Shown here piece by piece: positions 35,152 through 43,451 of a DNA stretch of 64,000 bases. The notes below the pieces were generated by a model. The model searched no databases. It was not told where the DNA came from and saw only the letters and a list, made by a program, of their open reading frames with translations. The DNA is from an uncultured Acidobacteriota bacterium (GTDB taxonomy: Bacteria; Acidobacteriota; UBA6911; CAINFC01). Where the stretch lies: positions 16,529 to 80,528 of the forward strand of contig CAZTVS010000005.1 of the NCBI GenBank assembly GCA_964617125.1. The letters are read 5' to 3'. Each line of letters starts with the position of its first letter. Within the stretch, counting starts at the first letter, position 1. A program made the translations under genes and the position numbers.

Positions 35152-36954
35152 CTACTCGGAATCCGAACGACGCTGGGAAAGCAGGTCCTTCAGTTGATCG
35201 CCGACCCGATCGCCCATGGTGACCGGAGCCGGTTCCGATTCGGCCAGCGCTCGAATGATGCGGGTGTCATCCTCTTTCAATGCCTTGAGGCTGAGTCCGA
35301 TCTTCTTTTCGGAAATGTTCATCTTAATGATGCGCATATCGATTTCCTGTCCGGGCTTCAGGATCTCTTCCGGCTTTTCCACGTGACGCTCATCCAGCTC
35401 GGAAACGTGACAGAGGCCCTCGATCCCTTCCGCCAACTGGACAAAGGCACCGAAATTGGTAATACGGACCACGTTGCCCTTGACCACATCTCCGATCTGA
35501 TGACGGGAGGCGAAATCTTCCCAACGATCCGGTTCCAGCTGCTTGATACCCAGAGAGATCTTCTGGCTGTCGGAGTCGATGCTCAGGATAACCGCATTGA
35601 CCGTGTCGCCCTTTTTCAGAACTTCGCTCGGATGTTTGATCCGTTTGGTCCAGGACATATCGCTGACGTGCACCAGTCCGTCGATACCTTCCTCGATCTC
35701 AACGAAGGCCCCAAACTCGGTCAGGTTGCGTACCTTGCCGGTGACCAGGGAACCGATGGCGTACTTCTCCAGAATCTGGTGCCAGGGGTTGGGTTCGGTC
35801 TGTTTGATGCCCAGGGAGATGCGGCGGTTTTCGGAATCGATTTCCAGAACCTGGGCTTCCACCTGTTCGCCCTCGTTCAGGATCTTGGAGGGGTGCTTGA
35901 TGCGCTTGTTCCAGGTCATCTCCGAAATATGGATCAGACCTTCCACTCCGGGTTCCAGCTCGACAAAGGCGCCATATTCGGTGATGTTGACGACTTTACC
36001 CGACACACGGGAATTCTTGGGGTATCTTTCGGCGGCCGTTTCCCAAGGATCCGCGCTCATCTGCTTCAGGCCGAGGGAGACACGATTTTCCGCCCGGTCG
36101 AACTTGATGACCTTGACCTTGATCTTCTCACCGATGGTCAGCTTCTCCGAAGGATGCTTTACCCTGCCGTAAGACATGTCGGTGATGTGCAGCAGCCCAT
36201 CGATGCCCCCGAGATCGATAAAGGCTCCGTACTCGGTGATGTTCTTGACTACACCTTCAATAATGCAGCCTTCGGTGAGGGTTTCCAGCGTACGCTTTTT
36301 CTCCTGCTCCAGTTCCGTTTCCAGGACAACCTTGCGGGAGAGGACAATGTTCCCGCGCCGGCGATTCACCTTGATGACCTTCATGCGGAACTCTTCGCCG
36401 CGAAGGGCATCCAGATTGCGGACAGGACGAACATCGATCTGGGAACCGGGAAGAAAAGCGCGGACGCCGATATCGACGGCCAGGCCACCTTTGATCCGTT
36501 CGATCACACGGCCGGTGATTACGGTATTGTCACGGAACGCCTTTTCGATCTCATCCCATATCTTCATCCTTTCCGCCTTCTCGCGGGAAAGGGAGATATA
36601 TCCGTTCTGGTCTTCCGTCTGTTCGAGATAGACATCGATATCCTGCCCAGGGCGAAGATCCACTTTACCGTTCTCTCCTTCGAACTCTTCAATGGGGATG
36701 ACTCCTTCCGATTTGAAGCCGATATCGACCGTGACCTTCGATTCGCTGATGTTGATCACGCGACCGCGAATGACGTCCCCTTCGGAAAACTTTTTAAAGC
36801 TTCCATAATAGTCGTCCAGCAGTTGCGCGTAATCGATATTGGTCGCGTCCTCGAACTGGATCCGCTGTTGAATCTCGTTCGAAGCCGGTTCCGGCTTGTT
36901 GGGTGAAGTACTCTCCACCGATTCCGTGTTTTTCTTTTCGTTGTTTACATCCAT
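35152..36954 (-). CDS. rpsA: 30S ribosomal protein S1
   Basis: Six tandem S1 (OB-fold) repeats. Product is 600 aa. Confidence 0.95.
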   Translation of the reverse strand: MDVNNEKKNTESVESTSPNKPEPASNEIQQRIQFEDATNIDYAQLLDDYYGSFKKFSEGDVIRGRVINISESKVTVDIGFKSEGVIPIEEFEGENGKVDLRPGQDIDVYLEQTEDQNGYISLSREKAERMKIWDEIEKAFRDNTVITGRVIERIKGGLAVDIGVRAFLPGSQIDVRPVRNLDALRGEEFRMKVIKVNRRRGNIVLSRKVVLETELEQEKKRTLETLTEGCIIEGVVKNITEYGAFIDLGGIDGLLHITDMSYGRVKHPSEKLTIGEKIKVKVIKFDRAENRVSLGLKQMSADPWETAAERYPKNSRVSGKVVNITEYGAFVELEPGVEGLIHISEMTWNKRIKHPSKILNEGEQVEAQVLEIDSENRRISLGIKQTEPNPWHQILEKYAIGSLVTGKVRNLTEFGAFVEIEEGIDGLVHVSDMSWTKRIKHPSEVLKKGDTVNAVILSIDSDSQKISLGIKQLEPDRWEDFASRHQIGDVVKGNVVRITNFGAFVQLAEGIEGLCHVSELDERHVEKPEEILKPGQEIDMRIIKMNISEKKIGLSLKALKEDDTRIIRALAESEPAPVTMGDRVGDQLKDLLSQRRSDSE

Positions 36955-37331
36955 GAATGAAGTTGCCTCCGATTTTTAAAAATTATTTCCGGATAGTCAG
37001 CCAACCGCCGGAAATTCAATCGATTATGATTGCGGTCCAAGAGAAAAAAAGAATAAAGAAAACTGTGAAAATAGCGAACCACGGAAACAGCGTTCGGTGA
37101 GAAGCCGATAGAAAGAGGATGGAAGATTCCGGCACAAAGCTCTGTGAGGAGTAGCTTCACAGACAGCACTGCCCGCGACGGGAGATCGCCGTAGCGCGTT
37201 CCCGCAACGTAAAATGAAGCTAAAGGATTTGGCAAAAAACGAGAAACCTCTTTTTTCCGAGATTTTTAAAGCACATCTTTTTATCGTGAGATCACCGGTT
37301 TGTCAAGATCCACAAAAATAAAAATTTAGGG

Positions 37332-37337
37332 TATAAT
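37332..37337 (+). promoter_or_regulatory. TATAAT -10 hexamer about 45 nt upstream of rpmE
   Basis: TATAAT is read directly from the sequence. There is no well-spaced -35 element: a TTGTCA lies 26 nt upstream. Confidence 0.25.
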
Positions 37338-37381
37338 CTTCAGTTCTGGTAAAAATTTTAATGATTTGAGGTTCTGTTTTC

Positions 37382-37585
37382 ATGAAAAAAGACATTCATC
37401 CGACCTACCATAAGGTCACGGTAACTTGTGCTTGCGGAAACCGGTTTGAGACCTGCTCTACGAAGAAAGAGATCCGTCTGGAAATCTGTTCCCAATGCCA
37501 TCCCTTCTTCACCGGAAAGCAAAAGCTGATCGACACCGCCGGAAGAATCGAAAAATTCCAGAGAAAATACGCTGCCAAGAAGTAA
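37382..37585 (+). CDS. rpmE: 50S ribosomal protein L31 (zinc-ribbon type)
   Basis: [20 protein letters not shown]…[13 protein letters not shown] with two CxxC pairs. Confidence 0.95.
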   Translation: MKKDIHPTYHKVTVTCACGNRFETCSTKKEIRLEICSQCHPFFTGKQKLIDTAGRIEKFQRKYAAKK

Positions 37586-37690
37586 GCTGCAAAATTACCC
37601 ACCTACTCCTCTTTTTTCCTTGTCAGTATACCGGTAGGAAGAGTTGTAGGTGGTTTGCATCCATCCCTGGTTCTATGAGGACGAAAGGAT

Positions 37691-38764
37691 ATGCTGGCAA
37701 AACTGGAAGAAATTAGAAATACACACGAGCAGATATCCCGACAGCTGACGGATCCGGAAATCATTGCGGACCGGCAGAAATACCTGCAGTGCGTCAAGGC
37801 GCATAAAGAACTGTCGGAAATTGTCGACAAGTATCAGGAATATCAATCCCTTTGCAGCAAAATGGATGAGGCCAGGCACCTCTCGGAGGAAGAAGAGGAC
37901 CTGGAGATGAAGGAACTTGCCCTGGAAGAGCTCGGTGAGCTGGAAAAACGCAAGGTCGCCTGCGAAACCGAGCTGCGCGACCTGCTGATGCCCAAGGATC
38001 CGGAGGATTCCAAAAACGTACTGCTGGAAATCCGCGCCGGGACCGGAGGTGATGAGGCCACTCTTTTCGCCCAGGAGGTGTTCCGCATGTACAGCCGGTA
38101 TTGCGAGCGGCACAACTGGAAGATGCAGCTCACCTCGCTGCATGAAAGCGAAGTAGGCGGACTCAAGGAAGTAGTGGCCATGATCGAGGGAGAACGGGTC
38201 TACAGCCGCATGAAATACGAAAGCGGCGTGCATCGCGTGCAGCGGGTGCCCAAAACGGAGGCTTCGGGACGGGTGCACACCTCTGCCATTACCGTCGCGG
38301 TTCTGCCGGAAGCGGATGAGGTGGAGGTCAATATCGATCCCAAAGACCTGCGCATCGACACATTCTGTTCCTCGGGTCCGGGCGGCCAATCGGTCAATAC
38401 CACATACTCTGCCGTCCGCATCACCCATATACCCACGGGAACGATCGTGTCCTGTCAGGATGAAAAATCGCAAATTAAAAACAGGGCCAAAGGAATGCGG
38501 GTCCTGCGTTCCCGGCTTCTGGAAAAGGCCAAGAACGAGCAGATGGCCTCGATTTCGGAGAACCGTAGACAGATGGTCGGGACCGGCGACCGCAGCGAAA
38601 AGATACGCACCTATAATTACCCCCAGAATCGTGTCACCGACCACCGCATCGGATTGACGCTCTACCAGTTGGATGAGGTCATGGACGGCTCCATCGATGC
38701 CTTCTTCGATGCCCTGACCACTCACTATCAGGCGGAAAAACTGAAGCAGCAGTCCATAGCCTGA
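37691..38764 (+). CDS. prfA: peptide chain release factor 1
   Basis: GGQ motif ([11 protein letters not shown]). The remaining domains read as RF1-type. Confidence 0.95.
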   Translation: MLAKLEEIRNTHEQISRQLTDPEIIADRQKYLQCVKAHKELSEIVDKYQEYQSLCSKMDEARHLSEEEEDLEMKELALEELGELEKRKVACETELRDLLMPKDPEDSKNVLLEIRAGTGGDEATLFAQEVFRMYSRYCERHNWKMQLTSLHESEVGGLKEVVAMIEGERVYSRMKYESGVHRVQRVPKTEASGRVHTSAITVAVLPEADEVEVNIDPKDLRIDTFCSSGPGGQSVNTTYSAVRITHIPTGTIVSCQDEKSQIKNRAKGMRVLRSRLLEKAKNEQMASISENRRQMVGTGDRSEKIRTYNYPQNRVTDHRIGLTLYQLDEVMDGSIDAFFDALTTHYQAEKLKQQSIA

Positions 38765-38804
38765 AGACCTCTTCCTCCCGGGGCAAAAGCCGGTTTGTTT
38801 TTCA

Positions 38805-39719
38805 TTGAAACGGACCTTCATGGGAAAAGCAGGAGATAACCGGTTGAACTCCTTACTTGCCCGCGGGCGGGAGTTTTTGCAGCAGAAGGGTATAAGGCAA
38901 TATGGCTGGGACGCTCTCCTGCTGCTTGCCTGCGTCCTGCATAAAGAAAAAGAATATATCTTCGCCCACCCGGAAAAAATCCTGACTCCAGTCCAGGTAA
39001 AACGGTTCTGGAACTTTCTGCAGCGAAGGGTCGAAGGAATTCCTTTACAATACCTGCAGGGAGTACAGGAATTCTGGGGGCGTGACTTTCGAGTGGACTG
39101 GCGGGTACTGATACCCCGTCCGGAGACCGAACTGCTGGTGGAAAAGGCCATCGAACAAGCCGGAAGGATCCAATCGCGACGTAAACTGCCGTTCCTTTCC
39201 ATTGCCGATATCGGAACCGGATCCGGTTGCATTGCGATTACCCTGGCACTGGAAATTGAAAATTGTCGGGTGGTTGCCACCGACATCAGCGAAGAAGCCT
39301 TGCAAAGGGCCAGAAGCAATGCTCGCCGGTACGGACTGAGGTCGCCATCCCTGCGTTTCTGTTGCGGAGATGGCCTGGAACCCCTGAAAAGATTGGGTTC
39401 TACGACTCGCTGGCAAATGATCGTGAGCAATCCTCCTTACGTGGCCCGAAGGGAGGAGGCGTCGCTCGACCGAGAAGTGAAGGACCACGAACCGGAGGTC
39501 GCGCTTTTCGGAGGAGAGGATGGGCTGGAGATGATTCGAGGTCTGGTCCCTCAAGTTGAGGAATATCTTGAATCGGAGGGGGTCTTTCTCATGGAAATAG
39601 GATATGGTCAGGAAAGCCAAGTGAAGGACCTGTTCTGCAGCAAGAAGTGGAAGTCGGTACGCTTCTGGCCGGACTGCCGTGGAATCCCACGATGTCTGCA
39701 GGCTGAGAAATACGGCTAA
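38805..39719 (+). CDS. prmC: release-factor glutamine N5-methyltransferase PrmC/HemK
   Basis: SAM motif I (DIGTGSGCIAI) and the NPPY catalytic motif. Confidence 0.85.
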   Translation: MKRTFMGKAGDNRLNSLLARGREFLQQKGIRQYGWDALLLLACVLHKEKEYIFAHPEKILTPVQVKRFWNFLQRRVEGIPLQYLQGVQEFWGRDFRVDWRVLIPRPETELLVEKAIEQAGRIQSRRKLPFLSIADIGTGSGCIAITLALEIENCRVVATDISEEALQRARSNARRYGLRSPSLRFCCGDGLEPLKRLGSTTRWQMIVSNPPYVARREEASLDREVKDHEPEVALFGGEDGLEMIRGLVPQVEEYLESEGVFLMEIGYGQESQVKDLFCSKKWKSVRFWPDCRGIPRCLQAEKYG

Positions 39720-39761
39720 TAGTACACATATCCACACATACAAAACCAAGGAGAAGAAGCT

Positions 39762-40106
39762 ATGAGCGATTGCCTTTTTTGCAGGATCATAGAAAAAGAG
39801 ATTCCGGCAAAAACGGTTTATGAAGATCAGGATACTTTGGTCTTCGAGGACATCCATCCGCAAGCCCCGGTTCACTGTCTTGTCATTCCCAAAAAACACA
39901 TCCCTTCCATCAACAGCCTCACGGAAGAGGATAGCGCCTTGTTGGCAAAGGTCATGCAGACGGCAAGAAAAACCGCCATGGACAAAGGCATCGACAAATC
40001 GGGATACCGTATGGTGATCAATACCAACGCCCAGGCCGGGCAGACCGTTTTTCACCTGCATGTACATCTGCTGGGTGGTCGGAACATGAATTGGCCGCCG
40101 GGATAG
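39762..40106 (+). CDS. HIT-family protein (Hint-like)
   Basis: CLFCRI…HCLVIPKKH…HLHVHLLGG is the classic Hint signature. Confidence 0.85.
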   Translation: MSDCLFCRIIEKEIPAKTVYEDQDTLVFEDIHPQAPVHCLVIPKKHIPSINSLTEEDSALLAKVMQTARKTAMDKGIDKSGYRMVINTNAQAGQTVFHLHVHLLGGRNMNWPPG

Positions 40107-40135
40107 AAAACAATTGGAAAAACCGATTCAGGGAT

Positions 40136-40245
40136 GACGAAGCGGTAAAAAGTCCTGGGAGCGCCGGCGTCCCGCCGGCAAAAGCAATGGAATCAACACG
40201 AGATTTGCGAAAAGAAACGGAACAAAGACTTTTTGCCGCTTCGTC
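40136..40245 (-). mobile_element. 110-bp MITE-like element (copy B) with 21-bp TIRs and 6-bp flanking direct repeat AGGGAT
   Basis: The left end GACGAAGCGGTAAAAAGTC is the reverse complement of the right end GACTTTTTGCCGCTTCGTC. The internal hairpin is GCCGGCGGGACGCCGGC. AGGGAT occurs at 40130-40135 and again at 40246-40251. Confidence 0.75.
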
Positions 40246-40534
40246 AGGGATGGTGCAGGCGGACGATGGTTGCGCCCCAGTGTCCCCTCTCCGGGGGCGC
40301 TTCATAATAATCGGCAACCATGTCCAACCGGGACAAAACCTTCCATACGAGGGAACGCAATACTCCTGTGCCCTTGCCGTGGATGATACGGACTTCCGGG
40401 ATATTCCGGCGGCGGCATTCCAGCAGATATTCCTCTACCAAGGAGGCAACTTCCCCGGGCTGAAAGGTATGCAGATCCAGAGAATCGCCAATGGGCACGA
40501 CTACGGCCGCATCTTCCCTGCTTTCCGGATTCAT
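40244..40534 (-). CDS. small Smr-domain protein (standalone Smr/MutS2-C-like nuclease domain)
   Basis: …LDLHTFQPGEVASLVEEYLLECRRRNIPEVRIIHGKGTGVLRSLVWKVLS… is the Smr signature. The ATG at 40534 immediately follows the stop of the upstream gene (TAAcATG). The stop codon straddles the repeat-element/TSD junction. The ORF track offers an alternative start at 40588. Confidence 0.65.
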   Translation of the reverse strand: MNPESREDAAVVVPIGDSLDLHTFQPGEVASLVEEYLLECRRRNIPEVRIIHGKGTGVLRSLVWKVLSRLDMVADYYEAPPERGHWGATIVRLHHP

Positions 40535-40535
40535 G

Positions 40536-41072
40536 TTAAAAGGAGCTCTTTTTCCCTCCACAGAGAACAATGAGGCGGCGCAGCGCATTGATTAAGCGTT
40601 GCCCGTCATCCCCTTCCGGACGGATGACGATATCCAGATGATCCTTTTTGATGGATCCGTTCAGGGTGACCGCCGGATTACGATTGGTTGCCTGGATGAT
40701 CAGGGTTCGTTCCCGGCCAAGAGAGAGGGGATCTCCGGGCATCACCCTGAGCTCGATCTGTTCCGGATCCAGGACGTTCAGGGGGGCCGTCCACTGGAAT
40801 TTTTTCTCCGTCAGTGCCCCGGGATTACGTCGGTGGGTTACGTTGATGGTGCAATTCTCGATGGAAACGGCCACTGTCGCATCATAATACGATACGGTAG
40901 AAATGATTTGCGGATTCCATTGAGCGTTCAGGCTGTTCACCAGAAAATCGATCGTCTCCTTCTGTGAAGGTTCGGTGGAGGCCTGATCACCGTGATGGCA
41001 GGCCGGAGAAGCCATAAGGAGAAGAGAGAAGAGGAGGGACATCCTCAGGGATACGTTTTTTAGCGCGAACAT
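40536..41072 (-). CDS. hypothetical secreted protein (co-cistronic with the Smr gene)
   Basis: The ATG at 41072 is preceded by GAGG. A signal peptide (…SLLFSLLLMASPA) is followed by an approximately 150-aa domain with no recognised family. The ORF track begins at a TTG at 41117. Confidence 0.5.
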   Translation of the reverse strand: MFALKNVSLRMSLLFSLLLMASPACHHGDQASTEPSQKETIDFLVNSLNAQWNPQIISTVSYYDATVAVSIENCTINVTHRRNPGALTEKKFQWTAPLNVLDPEQIELRVMPGDPLSLGRERTLIIQATNRNPAVTLNGSIKKDHLDIVIRPEGDDGQRLINALRRLIVLCGGKKSSF

Positions 41073-41151
41073 AGCATTACCTCTGAGAAAGAAGAGAAAA
41101 CGAATAAGAAAAACCAATCATCCTCGCGATAAATCGATAACTGGTATTCAT

Positions 41152-41261
41152 GACGGCCCGGCAAAAAGTCTTTATTCCGTTTCTTTTCGTAAATTCCGTG
41201 TTGATTCCATTGTTTTTGCCGGCGGGACGCCGGCGCTCCCAGGACTTTTTACCGGGCCGTC
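41152..41261 (+). mobile_element. 110-bp MITE-like element (copy C) with 21-bp TIRs and 6-bp flanking direct repeat ATTCAT
   Basis: The left end GACGGCCCGGCAAAAAGTC is the reverse complement of the right end GACTTTTTACCGGGCCGTC. ATTCAT occurs at 41146-41151 and 41262-41267. The internal 70 bp are about 95% identical to the reverse complement of copy B. Confidence 0.75.
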
Positions 41262-41302
41262 ATTCATTATAATCACTTCAATACGAAAGCGTAAGGCAGA
41301 GA

Positions 41303-42592
41303 GTGGAAGAATTTAAAGATCGCCGCCTTTTGTTGTTCTTGCTGGCGGTAAATACGGTCAATTTTTACGATCGGCAGCTGCTGGGAGCCGTCACCGAGCC
41401 GATACGCCGGGAGTGGCTCTTAAGCGATCTCCAGATAGGATTTTTGAGTACGGCCTTTACTCTTCTCTATGCCGGTGCCGGAATCCCGTTAGGCAGAATG
41501 GCCGATACTCGATCTGGAAAAACGGTACTGCAGCTGGGACTGCTCGTATGGAGCCTGCTGACCGGGCTTTGCAGTTTTGCCTGGAACTACTGGTCACTTT
41601 TCCTACTCCGCATTGGAGTCGGAATAGGGGAGGCGTGTTGTGCCCCGACGGCGATCAGCATCATTGGGAAAAGATTCCCTGTTACCGGACGTTCTGCAGC
41701 GACATCTCTTTTCATGATGGGGCTGCCGCTTGGTTCTGCCTTGAGTTATTCCCTGGGCGGATATCTTTCCCACGAATACGGCTGGCGCTGGGCCTTCCTG
41801 ACTGCCGGCTTGGCTGGAATCCTGCTGGCTGTCATCGGAAGGTATGGGATCGAGTTTGCCGAGGAAAGAAAAACAACCGTACCGCAACACGAAAGAGAAA
41901 AACAACGGAGCGGATTTCCTCTTTTATTGTCAATCCTGAGAGTCCCAGGCTTTTTCTGGATCATTCTTTCCGGGGCGCTGCATAACTTTAACCTGTATGC
42001 CGTCAGTGCCTTTCTTCCTTCTTTTCTGGTTCGCTACCACAGGATGGACATTGCAAACGCCGGCTTTACCTCCGGGATTGCTTACGCCCTGTTGGGCGGA
42101 ATCGGCATGATCCTGGGCGGATTTATGGGAGATCGCTTCCGCCCCGGAAAACATTTGCCACGGAACAGATTAATGCTGGTGTTTCTTACCATGATTCCAA
42201 CCACACCCTTGTGTTTTCTTGCCCTGTCTTACCCCCAGGGGGATGTGGTTCCATTCGCGCTCGCTTTCGGGGCTGCCGCCATGCTGATGTACGTTTATTA
42301 TCCGGTCACCTACGCCGCCATCCAGGATGTAAGCCCGAAGGAGTCACAGGCCACGGCGATGTCGATCTACCTGGCGGTCATGTATTTTTTAGGCGCCTCC
42401 TTGGGTCCGTCCGTTTTCGGAGGTCTGAGCGACTATTTCCAGAAAAGAATAGGCAGCCAATCAGGTTTGGCCATCGATAGGAATTGGGTAGAAGGGGAAG
42501 GCCTGCGTCAGGCAATGTTCCTCATACCGGTTCTTACCATGGCCGTTGCACTGACAAGTCTTATTGCCGCAAACCGGGTGCGGAAAAACTGA
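41303..42592 (+). CDS. MFS transporter
   Basis: GTG start. 12 TM helices and the MFS motif A region (GRMADTRSGK). Confidence 0.85.
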   Translation: MEEFKDRRLLLFLLAVNTVNFYDRQLLGAVTEPIRREWLLSDLQIGFLSTAFTLLYAGAGIPLGRMADTRSGKTVLQLGLLVWSLLTGLCSFAWNYWSLFLLRIGVGIGEACCAPTAISIIGKRFPVTGRSAATSLFMMGLPLGSALSYSLGGYLSHEYGWRWAFLTAGLAGILLAVIGRYGIEFAEERKTTVPQHEREKQRSGFPLLLSILRVPGFFWIILSGALHNFNLYAVSAFLPSFLVRYHRMDIANAGFTSGIAYALLGGIGMILGGFMGDRFRPGKHLPRNRLMLVFLTMIPTTPLCFLALSYPQGDVVPFALAFGAAAMLMYVYYPVTYAAIQDVSPKESQATAMSIYLAVMYFLGASLGPSVFGGLSDYFQKRIGSQSGLAIDRNWVEGEGLRQAMFLIPVLTMAVALTSLIAANRVRKN

Positions 42593-42702
42593 CAACCAGG
42601 CTAATTATGAAATTCAGCCCCGGCGCACTTGATTTGCCGGCTAAGTTGAATTAAGATTACCAGTTCCTGGAAATTCTTAGATAAATTGGAGTTAAAGAGA
42701 AA

Positions 42703-42843
42703 ATGAAAAGAACGTTTCAACCGAATAACCATAAGAAGCTGAAGACACATGGTTTTCGCTCACGTATGAGTACCAAACAAGGCAGAGATGTACTGAAAAG
42801 GCGCAGAGCCAAGGGCCGGCATCGGTTAACGGTGAGTGGATAA
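42703..42843 (+). CDS. rpmH: 50S ribosomal protein L34
   Basis: [46 protein letters not shown], 46 aa. It is below the ORF-track length cutoff and was found by direct translation. Confidence 0.9.
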   Translation: MKRTFQPNNHKKLKTHGFRSRMSTKQGRDVLKRRRAKGRHRLTVSG

Positions 42844-43264
42844 ACAGAGCGAACGATTCCCAAGGAATCGAAGGATAAGAAAATCCTGTCAATACGATGT
42901 TATCTACAAGGAAGGGCTCAAGGTTCAATCCGGATATTTTGCCTTATACGGAATGTGGAACGGCGAGGGCTTTCATCGGCTGGGAATGACTGTTTCCCGC
43001 AAAGTGGGTAATGCCGTAACCAGGAACAGAATTAAAAGATGGGTTCGGGAGATCTTTCGGAAAAAATTCGGGAGAGATCTCGAACCGATGGATTTGGTAC
43101 TGAACGCCAAGAAGGCCATCGTACAATGCAACTACCATCAACTGGAAGAGGAGTTGGTTCAGGGATCCATTCGTTTGCATCGCAATCTTAAGAAACGGAA
43201 CCTTAGAGAAGAAACCTCCGAGAGTGATAAGACAGCTCCTTGTCCTGATACTGAAAATTTATAA
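42836..43264 (+). CDS. rnpA: ribonuclease P protein component
   Basis: The GTG start overlaps the rpmH end. The conserved region is …[26 protein letters not shown]…. Confidence 0.85.
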   Translation: MDKQSERFPRNRRIRKSCQYDVIYKEGLKVQSGYFALYGMWNGEGFHRLGMTVSRKVGNAVTRNRIKRWVREIFRKKFGRDLEPMDLVLNAKKAIVQCNYHQLEEELVQGSIRLHRNLKKRNLREETSESDKTAPCPDTENL

Positions 43265-43436
43265 ACGGTTTCTGTCACCGTTTCTACCCAAAGCATGCCG
43301 CTTTTACCCCACCTGTTCCGAGTACATGATGGAAGCGCTTCAAAAGCACGGATTGAGGCGAGGATTGTTACTCGGAACGCTAAGACTGGCAAAGTGCCAT
43401 CCGTTTCACCCCGGGGGATATGATCCCGTTCCATAA
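43224..43436 (+). CDS. yidD: membrane protein insertion efficiency factor YidD
   Basis: …[31 protein letters not shown]… is the YidD signature. Confidence 0.9.
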   Translation: MIRQLLVLILKIYKRFLSPFLPKACRFYPTCSEYMMEALQKHGLRRGLLLGTLRLAKCHPFHPGGYDPVP

Positions 43437-43451
43437 GAGGTCAGCATCGAT

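Noticed and set aside
35194-36906. 570-aa ORF on the plus strand, entirely antisense to rpsA
   Set aside because: It is codon-aligned antisense to a highly conserved gene. It is open because rpsA avoids TTA, CTA and TCA codons. Its composition is D/L/F-rich with no domain-like pattern, so it is a classic shadow ORF.
37586-37690. Terminator after rpmE (CACCTAC … GTAGGTG inverted repeat)
   Set aside because: The arms are separated by about 35 nt and the T-run (CTCTTTTTTCC) precedes rather than follows the stem. This is not a convincing intrinsic terminator.
37673-39430. 585-aa minus-strand ORF antisense to prfA and prmC
   Set aside because: Same shadow-ORF artefact. It spans two unrelated conserved genes and their spacer, and is low-complexity and R/G/S-rich.
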